This document shows, piece after piece, positions 28,088 to 36,825 of a DNA stretch of 36,825 nt. The stretch is from NCBI GenBank assembly GCA_019057795.1, contig JAHLWS010000047.1, positions 1-36,825 of the forward strand. The letters run 5' to 3'. Below the pieces are notes generated by a model that was not told the DNA's origin, did no database searches, and saw nothing but the letters and a program-made list of their open reading frames with translations. This DNA comes from Promethearchaeota archaeon (GTDB lineage: Archaea > Asgardarchaeota > Lokiarchaeia > Sigyniarchaeales > SOKP01). The position numbers and the translations under genes are program-made. Position 1 is the stretch's first letter. Each line of letters opens with the position of its first letter.

Positions 28088-29587
28088 TTAAGTAATACCA
28101 TCCCATGCGGCTCGTTCTTTATCGAGAAATTTTTCTACTACTTTAAATTCCTTACCGACTAACATTGTCGATCTCTTCTCAATATCGTAAGAGGGCCATT
28201 TAGGAATGCCATCGTGGTTAGGATTTCCAGTACGAGCAAATGCAATCCAAGCATCCATTATTTTATTGCTAATGGCTTCAGTTTCAGGATTTTTACCGGC
28301 AAAATCCGCCATTCCAGGAACATCAAGCGTATTAAAAACGAATGGTAATTCGAGAGCGTGACAGGCTCCTAACTTTCCATCGAATGCAGGGGATGGCCAA
28401 GTAAATAAGTAATTGTATGTATTGACCTGATGTGTACTCTGAGCTTCAAGCAATTGTATCGTTGAAATGCGAAAAATGTAATCTGTGATAAGAGCGTTCA
28501 TTATCTCTTTGGGTTCTGTGGAAAATTTTCCTTCCCTTGCTTTTTTGTAAGTATCGATCATTTCTTTGCTCTTGCTTATATCAATACCTAATCTGCCTAA
28601 ATATCCGATTAAGAGTTTTTCTCCGTCAATATCACCCATTCTGCTCATTTCCGGATCAAGAGCTGTAAACAACTTAGCCTCTTCTAGATTAGTGCCTATC
28701 ATAAATTCAATATTCCCAAAATTACCGTTTTGAAACGCTTTTAATGGGTGTATAGGTAGCGTATCACCATCAATTAAAGGTCGAAAAGCAAGGAGATTTG
28801 TAGGGTCTTCTGCGATAAGTTTGTTTTGTGCTTCAATAATTTTTTCGGGTGATATTTCACGCAACGCATTAAGATCACCCTTTTGAATTCCTAATATACG
28901 CATCAGTCGTTTTGTAGGTTTCTTGGTTACCTTTGGATCAATAACAGGGGCACTTTGAGCAATAACGCGGCGAAAAAGTCCTTTAGCAGCGGGCATTGCG
29001 GGTAATGAAACAACAGCATAACCTCCAGCAGATTCACCAAAAATCGTAACTTTCGTGGGATCACCACCAAATAATTCAATATTCTCCTTAACCCATTCTA
29101 GAGCTAATATTTGATCTAGTTGTCCTACATTAGCAGTAACGCCAGGAATATATAGATAACCTAAAGCTCCTAACCGATAATTAATAGTAACCACTACATT
29201 ATCCCCACGCTGTGCTAAATTTGAACCATTATACATAGGGTCTATCCCACCTCCCATAATAAAAGCACCACCATGTATCCAGAACATTACTGGGCGTTTA
29301 TTATCATCTGCGGCGGGCGTCCAAATATTAAGCGTTAAGCAATCCTCACTTTCTGGTTTAAGTTTGCCCGTAATTTCTTCGAGCTGAGTATATCCTTGGT
29401 ACGCACAATGTCCATATTCAGTAGCATCTAATACATCATCCCATTGTTTTTTCACAACGGGAGGAGAAAATCGCAAATCATCTATCGGAGGTTCTGCATA
29501 AGGAATCCCTTTAAATATTTCTAATCCATTTTCCTTATATCCTTGTATTTTTCCAGACTTGGTTTCAATAATGACCGTTTTATTCAT
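28088..29587 (-). CDS. Type-B carboxylesterase/lipase (PnbA-like)
   Basis: Motifs FKGIPYA-x-PP, SEDCL-x-LN, WIHGGAF, NYRLG, GESAG (Ser), NLEE (Glu) and GACHALE (His). Confidence 0.94.
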   Translation of the reverse strand: MNKTVIIETKSGKIQGYKENGLEIFKGIPYAEPPIDDLRFSPPVVKKQWDDVLDATEYGHCAYQGYTQLEEITGKLKPESEDCLTLNIWTPAADDNKRPVMFWIHGGAFIMGGGIDPMYNGSNLAQRGDNVVVTINYRLGALGYLYIPGVTANVGQLDQILALEWVKENIELFGGDPTKVTIFGESAGGYAVVSLPAMPAAKGLFRRVIAQSAPVIDPKVTKKPTKRLMRILGIQKGDLNALREISPEKIIEAQNKLIAEDPTNLLAFRPLIDGDTLPIHPLKAFQNGNFGNIEFMIGTNLEEAKLFTALDPEMSRMGDIDGEKLLIGYLGRLGIDISKSKEMIDTYKKAREGKFSTEPKEIMNALITDYIFRISTIQLLEAQSTHQVNTYNYLFTWPSPAFDGKLGACHALELPFVFNTLDVPGMADFAGKNPETEAISNKIMDAWIAFARTGNPNHDGIPKWPSYDIEKRSTMLVGKEFKVVEKFLDKERAAWDGIT

Positions 29588-29739
29588 TTTCTTTCATTTT
29601 TTTTACTATAATTATTTGATATTAGTTGTTATACTATAAAAGCGTTTTTTTCTATCAAAAAACAGGGAGATTGTCTTCTACAACTGAAAAGAAGTATTAA
29701 AATTGTAGAAATAAAAAAAAATATATTAAATTGGTTTAA

Positions 29740-29853
29740 TTATAGACCTATTTCTTTTAGCTTCTCTTTAATTTCTTTAACTTTATTAGTTGTCAACTTG
29801 AAAAATTTCCAGAGAATTATAAACCCCGCAGATATCGAAAAACAAAAAACTCT
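29740..29853 (-). pseudogene. Probable relic: 3' end of an MFS/GPH-type transporter gene
   Basis: The minus strand reads RVFCFSISAGFIILWKFFKLTTNKVKEIKEKLKEIGL*. This is a last TM helix, a F/Y-x-L-T motif and a charged amphipathic tail, with no start codon or room for the rest of the gene. The 5' boundary is approximate. Confidence 0.5.
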
Positions 29854-29914
29854 AATATAAATATATTCAATAAAATTTAAGTATTTTAATATTTAATCAA
29901 TTTATTAGTTATCA

Positions 29915-32404
29915 ATGAAGGATATTAAATTAAATGTAAATTCAGATGATGTTTTAGCGTTAATCAAGGTTATTGATTTAATTGAAGAATTTATAGGAAA
30001 GAATATAATTAAAAAGTACAAAGTTAACTTTAGTGAGATTAAGAGAAAAGCAATTTCTTTAAAATCTTTAGGAATTGGAGATAATGAGAAGAAAAGAAAA
30101 CAATATCATAGAATTTTAAAAAAGTTAAGTTTACTATTAAAACGCGAGCACCGTATCAATACTTTTTTTATTACAGGAGTTCATGGCGGAGTAATTATTA
30201 ATGATATTGGGTTCTGTGAATTTGATTCTCCAGATTATGCTATAGATATTCTATTAAAGAAAATGCAATTAGCTATCGAAACAAATATGCCTTATAACCT
30301 TGAAATTGCTATATGTTGTTTGGAGTGGCTAAGTCGAAACTCTTCTGATAAATTTTCTGAATTTTTAAGGTTATTCAATCTTGGGAAATTTGAAATAATA
30401 AATCCTACATATTCTCAACCTTATAATTTAATTATAGGTTCTGAATCTAATATCAAACAATTTGAGTATGGATTGAAGAATTTAAAGAAGTTAGGGTTAA
30501 GTTCAAACATTTACTATTGCTCAGAAAGCTCAATTCACCCCCAAATACCTCAAATCTTAAGAAGGTTTAATATTATGTGGGGTTCATTAAGAACTCGGCT
30601 AATGGGTGTAAATCCCACCTCTAATTCGGCAAGTATTAGTTGGGTAGGTTTAGATAATACAAAAATCGATGCGATGATAGAACAATCTGGAGTTTTTAAT
30701 GGAGAATATTGGCATGGCACATTTTTTAAAGAGATACCAAATCTATTATTTCAAGCTGTTGCTCGTCCTTTTATGGATTATATTGTGTATTCTTCTCTTG
30801 AAGATCTTGTTATGTCTCAACCAAATCATGAAGAAATCTGGCGAGTCTCTCAATTTTCAGAAATTTTTGGGAAATTTTTACTATGTTCGGAATTTTTCAA
30901 GCTAATCGATAAAGATGGCGAATTTAAATATCAACGGGACGATTTTCGAATTGGAGATATAATTTTTCTTCCTACTAAATTGTTTCTTCAAAACAAAAAT
31001 TCTGAAATAAGTATTCTATCAGCAGAAATATTAAATTGCATTTTAGGATTTATCAATATAAAATCTAATGATTCGTTTTTAGAGGAGTTATGGAAAAAGT
31101 TATTATTAACTCAAGCTCATGACTGCTACGCTGTACCTTTTATACGATCAGGTGATTATTCTCAAGTACAATTAAATAAAGCCGAATTTAATAAGTTAGA
31201 AATCAATGAAACAAATATATCTATTTCTGAATTATGTATCCAAATACACGAAGAAATTCAGAATAAATGTAATGAGTTTATTAAAAAATCACTTATACAC
31301 TTGTCAGAAGGATTATGTAAAGATAAAAACAATTTAAATGAAGTTTCAAAAAGTCTATTAGTTTTCAATCCAACTCCTTATTCAAGACAAGATTTAGTTT
31401 CAATACAACTAAATTTAGATACCCGAACAAATAGAGATCTCTTTGAACAAGAAAAAAGAATTAATTATCAATATCATGATTCAACTTTAAAATTTATTTC
31501 AGATATCCCTGGATTTGGATATAAAATCTATACCTTTACAGAAAAAAATATCGAAAAACCAATAATTGAGCCTTTTTTCCCATATGAATTAAAGATTTTA
31601 GACGACTTTAAAACAATTGAAGTTAAATTTAAGAATAGTATAGTTTATGAACTAAAATTTCAAGCTGGTCTTAATTATGAATTACACTTAAAAGAAGAAT
31701 ATATCGATAATGTGGAAAAACGGTATATAATAATAGGAAAGACTACGAATTACACATTCAAAATTAAAATAATTCAATATAATGGAGTGAATAGACTTGA
31801 GTTTTTTATTGATACTAATTCGTTAAAAGAAGTCATTCTCAGGCCAAAACTTAAAATTGAAAGATCTCTTATTAACTACCCTTTTGGAATTGAAGAGACG
31901 AAAAGATCGAGAATCCAGACTTTAGATTTCTTGTGGTTAAAAGGATACAAGCAAGGAATAATATATATTCAGAAAAATAGTCAAAAATTTATTATAAATC
32001 GAAAGAATTTTGAAACTCGGAACTTATTATTTACAAAAGGAAAATTTGAATTCGCAATATCTATTACAGATGAAACTGGTTCAATATCTCCCTTGTTTTA
32101 TGTGAATTCGTTTTATTTTAAATTATCGGGAATTGTTTTTGATGGAAAATTTGAATTAAATAAAATTAGTGATTCATTCCTTTCTGTTAAGCCTCCTATA
32201 TCTGTTATAAATTTATGGCGCCGTGAAAATAGCTCATATTTAAGACTCTTTAATCCAAGTAATAAAGAAGTAAATATCCAATTAGACGGAGAATTAATAA
32301 AAAATCAATTAAAAGAACTTGATTTTAATTATAATGAAATTTCATTATTAGAGTCTAATGAACTAAGAATTAGACCTTGGAAAATTAAAATGTTTAAACT
32401 GTAA
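29915..32404 (+). CDS. GH38 (alpha-mannosidase)-like protein, divergent
   Basis: GH38-type landmarks in order: GKFEII, ESNIKQF-x-x-G, PQIPQIL, WVGLDNT, LLTQAHD, LVFNP-x-x-x-x-R, IPGFGYK and LRLFNP. Confidence 0.7.
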   Translation: MKDIKLNVNSDDVLALIKVIDLIEEFIGKNIIKKYKVNFSEIKRKAISLKSLGIGDNEKKRKQYHRILKKLSLLLKREHRINTFFITGVHGGVIINDIGFCEFDSPDYAIDILLKKMQLAIETNMPYNLEIAICCLEWLSRNSSDKFSEFLRLFNLGKFEIINPTYSQPYNLIIGSESNIKQFEYGLKNLKKLGLSSNIYYCSESSIHPQIPQILRRFNIMWGSLRTRLMGVNPTSNSASISWVGLDNTKIDAMIEQSGVFNGEYWHGTFFKEIPNLLFQAVARPFMDYIVYSSLEDLVMSQPNHEEIWRVSQFSEIFGKFLLCSEFFKLIDKDGEFKYQRDDFRIGDIIFLPTKLFLQNKNSEISILSAEILNCILGFINIKSNDSFLEELWKKLLLTQAHDCYAVPFIRSGDYSQVQLNKAEFNKLEINETNISISELCIQIHEEIQNKCNEFIKKSLIHLSEGLCKDKNNLNEVSKSLLVFNPTPYSRQDLVSIQLNLDTRTNRDLFEQEKRINYQYHDSTLKFISDIPGFGYKIYTFTEKNIEKPIIEPFFPYELKILDDFKTIEVKFKNSIVYELKFQAGLNYELHLKEEYIDNVEKRYIIIGKTTNYTFKIKIIQYNGVNRLEFFIDTNSLKEVILRPKLKIERSLINYPFGIEETKRSRIQTLDFLWLKGYKQGIIYIQKNSQKFIINRKNFETRNLLFTKGKFEFAISITDETGSISPLFYVNSFYFKLSGIVFDGKFELNKISDSFLSVKPPISVINLWRRENSSYLRLFNPSNKEVNIQLDGELIKNQLKELDFNYNEISLLESNELRIRPWKIKMFKL

Positions 32405-32423
32405 TTTAAAAAACAAGTTAATA

Positions 32424-33401
32424 TTAACTATTTTTTTTTATTTCTAAGGTTATTTTATCAAAAATTTTATGAATAGAGCTATAGATATTGAATTTACCGT
32501 CTTCCAAAGCGTGTTTTACAATATTATTTACTTCGTTTTCGTCTACAAAATTTTCCATGATAAGCTTTTCGACTTTAGTAAAAAGAAGTTCCTTAATTTT
32601 GTAAGAAAATCGACTTTTTTTCTTTTCGTTAATACTACCTGAAAGTTCAACATGTTCTTTATGATCCCAAATACTTTGGAGAAGTTCGTCTATACCCTCA
32701 CCATTGATTGCATCAGTCAATACAACTGGGGGGCGATACCCGCTCTGAAATATTGTATCGTCGAGCATCATTTCAATTTGTACGGCTATGTCTTCTCCGC
32801 CTAAATCTTTTTTGTTAACATCGTAAATATCTCCTATTTCAATAATCCCTGCTTTTTGCATTTGAATAACATCTCCGTAGCCAGGAACCAAAATTACAAC
32901 AACAGTATAAACTAAATTATACACATCGAATTCAGCTTGTCCGACGCCAACAGTTTCAATAATGATTATATCCATGCCAAATGCTTCGTATAGCATGGTA
33001 ATGTCAAAAACTGCTCTTGAAATTCCTCCTTTATACCCTCTTGATGCAAGGCTACGCATAAAAACGTTAGGGTGTAAGCAGATATTAGTCATTCTAACTC
33101 TATCCCCTAAAAAAGCACCTCCACTAAAAGGAGACGTTGGATCTACAGAAATAATACCTACAGTTTTTCCTTCGTCTAACATCTTTTGAGCTATGACACC
33201 GGTTAAAGTGCTTTTTCCAACGCCAGGAGAACCTGTAAGTCCAATAATATAAGAGTCGTGTTTTATATTTTCAAAATGCTTGAAAATCTTAGAAGCCTTC
33301 TCAGGTTCGTTTTCAACAATAGTTATTAATCTAGCTAAAGCAATTTTATCTTTCTTTTTAACTCTGTTAGCTAAAGATTCTATAATGTCATCATTCGTCA
33401 A
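32424..33401 (-). CDS. meaB: MeaB/ArgK GTPase chaperone of B12-dependent mutases
   Basis: Motifs LARLIT-x-VE, GLTGSPGVGKST, VDPTSPFSGGA-x-LGDRVRM, ETVGVGQAE, Q-x-x-KAG-x-x-E and NK-x-D. TTG start after GAGG. Confidence 0.94.
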   Translation of the reverse strand: MTNDDIIESLANRVKKKDKIALARLITIVENEPEKASKIFKHFENIKHDSYIIGLTGSPGVGKSTLTGVIAQKMLDEGKTVGIISVDPTSPFSGGAFLGDRVRMTNICLHPNVFMRSLASRGYKGGISRAVFDITMLYEAFGMDIIIIETVGVGQAEFDVYNLVYTVVVILVPGYGDVIQMQKAGIIEIGDIYDVNKKDLGGEDIAVQIEMMLDDTIFQSGYRPPVVLTDAINGEGIDELLQSIWDHKEHVELSGSINEKKKSRFSYKIKELLFTKVEKLIMENFVDENEVNNIVKHALEDGKFNIYSSIHKIFDKITLEIKKNS

Positions 33402-33469
33402 TAAGATACATCCTCAAATAAATTTTAGATATGAAATATTAATTAAATAAAAAATAAAACATGTTTTTT

Positions 33470-33868
33470 TTATTTTTTGAGATGAGTTTTAATAAACTCA
33501 ACAATGTCATTTGTCATCGATCCAGGTCCATAAATGTTAGCTACACCCATCTCTTTTAATTTTGGAAAATCTTGAGCGGGAATAACGCCTCCTACTAAGA
33601 TGAGAATGTCGTTGAACACTCCCTTTTCCTTTAAAAGATCAATCACCTGTTTTGTATATGCGAAATGAGCTCCGCTGTGTATGGATAAACCAAGAACATC
33701 AACATCCTCCTGAATTGCTGTTTCTACGATCTGTTTTGCATTCTGAAAACCTCCGAAAATGAGTTCCATGCCTGCATCTCTTATAGCTCTTGATACTACG
33801 ATTCCCCCCCGCCAGTGTCCATCAATTCCTGGTTTAGACATTAATACTCTAATCTTTTTCTCACTCAT
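33470..33868 (-). CDS. Acyl-CoA mutase small (cobalamin-binding) subunit
   Basis: KPGIDGHWRG (DxHxxG), AIQEDVDVLGLS, SGAH, VGGVIP and GPG. The real start is likely ATG 33868 after SD AAGGTG. Confidence 0.93.
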   Translation of the reverse strand: MSEKKIRVLMSKPGIDGHWRGGIVVSRAIRDAGMELIFGGFQNAKQIVETAIQEDVDVLGLSIHSGAHFAYTKQVIDLLKEKGVFNDILILVGGVIPAQDFPKLKEMGVANIYGPGSMTNDIVEFIKTHLKK

Positions 33869-33882
33869 ATTTAACACCTTAG

Positions 33883-35556
33883 TTAAATTGCTAATGGGGG
33901 TTCCCAAATTCCCCATATTTCTCGATAAATATCACATATTTCACCTACTGTTGCCCCCTCTTTTGTAGCTTCCATTATTATAGGCATCACATTTTCTTCT
34001 TTTTCGCAGACATTTCTTAGTTTGTCTAAAATCTTCTCTAACTTGGCGTTGTCTCTCCTTGCTTTTAACTTGTTAATCCGATTAACTTCAATATCTATGG
34101 CTGTTTGCGATGTTCTGAAGACATCTGTGACTGTGTCGTAAGGAACTTTATATTTATTGATACCTAACATGATTTCTTCCCCTTTTTCAAGGCGTACCCT
34201 TCTCTTATGGAATGCGTCTCTCATTTCTTTGTAGAGCCAACCCGTAGATAAAGCTTTATCTATGGAACCAACCTTTTGAATTTTGTCCATATATTTCCAT
34301 ACTCTTTCTTCAACCTCGTCAGTTAACCACTCTACGTAATAACTCCCTGCTAATGGATCTATTGTGTTAGTTATTCTAGTTTCATCTGCGATTACTTGTT
34401 GAGTTCTTAACGCAACCAAGGCGGCTTCTTCTGAAGGCAAACAAATAGCCTCATCGTAAGAATTTGTATGGAGCGATTGACATCCACCTAAACTAGCCTC
34501 TAAGCCTTGTATCGCTGTACGAACGATATTAATCATAGGTAATTGGGCAGTTAAAGAGCTTCCCGCGGTTTGTACGTGAAACCTAAAACCAAGATTTTTG
34601 GGATTTTTCACTTCGTATTTATCCTTCATGAGCTTATACCATATCCTTCGAGCTGCACGGTATTTTGCTATTTCCTCAAAGAAATCCTTATGAGCTGCTA
34701 AATGAAAAGCTAGTCTACCTACAAAGTCATCAGCTTTCCAACCCCTCTCAATTAAGTTGTCAATATGAGAACAAGCGCTCGCAAAAACAAATCCAAGTTC
34801 TTGAATTGCGTCTATGCCACCTTCGCGGTAGTTATAACCCGTAAAATTAATAGGATGCCATTTTGGAACGTTCTTTTGAGCTACTGTCCATTCAATAAAA
34901 TCGCACGCCACTCGTAACAAATGATTTGGTGGACTGTTTTTATAAGGGATATAGCCAACTGTCATCGTTAGGATATCGTTTTGTGTAGTACCCATTAAAT
35001 CTTTTAAGTCATACCCGCGCATTTTTGCCATGTTAAAATACATTGCACACACAGGAGCACACGTAAAGGGTTCTACAACTAAAGCTACACTAATTTTATC
35101 TATGGGTATGTCTTCTGTAAGCGCAAAAAGGCTGTCAATGCAATAAAGCGGTACACCAGATGTACCAACCTCTGGCGCGGCATCGGGATTTGTAGGGTCA
35201 ATTCCGTTAAAAGTAAGAGCGTCAACGGCAGCACTGAACCCTGTTTCACCGTTCTCGTATAAATACTTCCATCGTAAATTAGTCTCTTCTGGAGTTCCGT
35301 GACCTGAAAATAACCTCATAGTCCATAATCTTCCACGATACATGGTAGGATAAACCCCTCTTGTATAAGGTTCTTGACCGGGAAAGTTTACAGTTTCTAA
35401 ATAATCTCCTTTTACATCTAATGGAGTGTATAGCTTTTTTATCGGAATCTCAGAATCGGTTACGAATTTGGCATCGCGTTCTTTTGATTCTTTTAACTTT
35501 TCTTCCCATTTCTCTTTTTCTAATTTAATTTTTTCCAAATAATCTTTATCAAACAT
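33883..35556 (-). CDS. AdoCbl-dependent acyl-CoA mutase large subunit (methylmalonyl-CoA mutase family, non-MCM specificity residues)
   Basis: Motifs PG-x-x-PYTRGVY-x-x-MYRGRLWTMR, GTTQND, FFEEIAKYRAARR-x-W, QTAG-x-SL, QSLHTNSYDEA, DPLAGSYYVE and ATVGEI. ATG at 35556 is preferred. Confidence 0.94.
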   Translation of the reverse strand: MFDKDYLEKIKLEKEKWEEKLKESKERDAKFVTDSEIPIKKLYTPLDVKGDYLETVNFPGQEPYTRGVYPTMYRGRLWTMRLFSGHGTPEETNLRWKYLYENGETGFSAAVDALTFNGIDPTNPDAAPEVGTSGVPLYCIDSLFALTEDIPIDKISVALVVEPFTCAPVCAMYFNMAKMRGYDLKDLMGTTQNDILTMTVGYIPYKNSPPNHLLRVACDFIEWTVAQKNVPKWHPINFTGYNYREGGIDAIQELGFVFASACSHIDNLIERGWKADDFVGRLAFHLAAHKDFFEEIAKYRAARRIWYKLMKDKYEVKNPKNLGFRFHVQTAGSSLTAQLPMINIVRTAIQGLEASLGGCQSLHTNSYDEAICLPSEEAALVALRTQQVIADETRITNTIDPLAGSYYVEWLTDEVEERVWKYMDKIQKVGSIDKALSTGWLYKEMRDAFHKRRVRLEKGEEIMLGINKYKVPYDTVTDVFRTSQTAIDIEVNRINKLKARRDNAKLEKILDKLRNVCEKEENVMPIIMEATKEGATVGEICDIYREIWGIWEPPLAI

Positions 35557-35754
35557 ACTTAATATCACGTTTTATTTAGCTATGTAATGTTAAACTTTCA
35601 TTCAATTTAAAATAAATTTTTGGACCAAAAAAATTTTGATTATAAAATATTTGTATAAAAGTTTGATGACTTTTTTCTGCATTTTATAAATAGGCTTTAT
35701 CTATAAAGCAAAAAATATAATCCTCTAAGAAAATTATTTTTGAATACAGGTTTC

Positions 35755-36363
35755 TTAAGCTCTTTCTTTAAGGGGACCCTTATAATATCTACATGTCGGA
35801 CATCCAAAACATCTTTCTTGTTTAAACGCTCCGCAATTCTTACAGTCAGCCCCACACGGAGGTTTATCAGCATCTTGATTAATTAATGAAAAATTGAAAG
35901 GTAAAAAAAGATCTTCAGAAGGCTCTCTACAAATCAAAATATTTGTTTTATGAATTCCCGGCAGTGAATATAACATACACGATTTAAGTATTGTTTCAAA
36001 TGTCTTTTCATTTTCTCCAAAAAACAGTAGTGCAAGGTTGTATTGACCCATCAGTTCATAGTAATAAATTACTCTTGGACATTTTTTATATACCTTTATA
36101 AGCGTTTCTAAAGCGTTAAAATCTACTTCTAATAATATAAATCCTAGCTTAAACTGTAGCTTTGTAAAATTAAGTAATACACTTAATTTAATTAATTTCT
36201 TGTTTAACAAATTTTCAAATCTATTCTTAATAGCAACATGGGATAATCCAAGCTTTTTTCCTAATTTTGAGTAATTAATTTTACTATCTTCTTTTATAGA
36301 ATTTAAAATAGCTAAATTAACTTTATCAAGTTTAAATTTCTTCATTTCGCAATATTTAATCAT
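35755..36363 (-). CDS. Lrp/AsnC family transcriptional regulator with a Cys-rich C-terminal tail
   Basis: N-terminal HTH (LDKVN-x-x-IL ... LGLSHVAIKNR), a RAM-like domain (CPRV ... GQYNL) and the tail PCGADCKNC ... CFGCPTC. The start may be the second ATG (MKKFKLD). Confidence 0.85.
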   Translation of the reverse strand: MIKYCEMKKFKLDKVNLAILNSIKEDSKINYSKLGKKLGLSHVAIKNRFENLLNKKLIKLSVLLNFTKLQFKLGFILLEVDFNALETLIKVYKKCPRVIYYYELMGQYNLALLFFGENEKTFETILKSCMLYSLPGIHKTNILICREPSEDLFLPFNFSLINQDADKPPCGADCKNCGAFKQERCFGCPTCRYYKGPLKERA

Positions 36364-36468
36364 AGAGTTTTAAATCTTAAAAATTTAATTCCTATAATAT
36401 GTTATTATAAATTAAAATTAATTGAAAATCAAATTAAAAAAAAAAATTGGTTAGAAGTTGATTTATTA

Positions 36469-36768
36469 TTACATATTAACAATGGTGTCATTCTCAAAAA
36501 TTAAATCGACTACTTCATCGTAAGCAATTAATTTAATTTTATCAGAAATAAAGTTTTTAATTCCACGTACTTCTATGTCTTCTTTATTTGCAACAATAGT
36601 TACGTTTTTATCAAGAGCCTTTGAAACCATTTTATTAGTTTTGTTTGCAAAATAGACAGCGTTCTGAAGCAAAAGAATTGTTACTGCGTCCTCTTCAGTG
36701 TGTTCTGAAGCAAGCTCTACACCAGTAATATCTTCACTTGTAAGAAAATACAACACTTTTTTACCCAT
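36469..36768 (-). CDS. DsrH/TusB family sulfur-relay protein
   Basis: Motifs ILLLQNAVY, EDIEVRGI and I-x-YDEVVDLI. SD GGAGGA upstream. Confidence 0.85.
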   Translation of the reverse strand: MGKKVLYFLTSEDITGVELASEHTEEDAVTILLLQNAVYFANKTNKMVSKALDKNVTIVANKEDIEVRGIKNFISDKIKLIAYDEVVDLIFENDTIVNM

Positions 36769-36783
36769 CTTTTTTCAATCCTC

Positions 36784-36825
36784 CTAAAATGGTATGGTTA
36801 CGGTTGAATCCGCAATCATTTTTAA
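36784..36825 (-). CDS. C-terminal fragment of an upstream gene, possibly DsrE/DsrF family
   Basis: Reads LKMIADSTVTIPF* and ends just before the dsrH-like SD. The family call is inferred from context and the terminal strand ending in F. Confidence 0.5.
   Translation of the reverse strand, partial: LKMIADSTVTIPF

Noticed and set aside
30699-30905. Same-strand alternative-frame ORF within the GH38-like gene
   Set aside because: Short, with no motif, and the main frame is uninterrupted.
33869-33916. N-terminal extension of the mutase small subunit overlapping the large subunit
   Set aside because: SD AAGGTG followed by ATG 33868 gives a normal-length subunit with no overlap.
1-36825. CRISPR arrays, tRNA or rRNA genes
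   Set aside because: No spaced repeats or GC-rich structured intergenic segments were seen by eye.

Overview
AT-rich archaeal chromosomal window, most likely from an Asgard archaeon of Lokiarchaeia type (inferred from Alba, a small histone-fold protein, Sec11, herA-nurA-mre11-rad50 and many acyl-CoA enzymes). From left to right it holds: a partial repeat protein, an Mrr-like nuclease-fold protein with an apparently dead active site, a PLP aminotransferase, the herA-nurA-mre11-rad50 operon, a histone plus Alba pair, an intact 1818-bp Mutator/IS256-like IS, a signal peptidase, and a long block of lipid/acyl-CoA/B12 genes ending in an Lrp regulator and dsrH/dsrF-like genes. The standout observation is in the cob(I)alamin adenosyltransferase gene (cobO/btuR, minus strand). 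A 29-nt insert (20781-20809) splits the P-loop GRGK^GKTT and folds into a tRNA-type bulge-helix-bulge/loop structure. Cleavage at the canonical bulge positions restores the reading frame exactly, making it a candidate endonuclease-spliced mRNA intron. Other points are probable ATA/ATT start codons, two disrupted genes, a transporter gene relic and several enzymes with non-canonical active sites. No tRNA, rRNA or CRISPR array was seen. All family assignments come from motifs read by eye; no searches were run.
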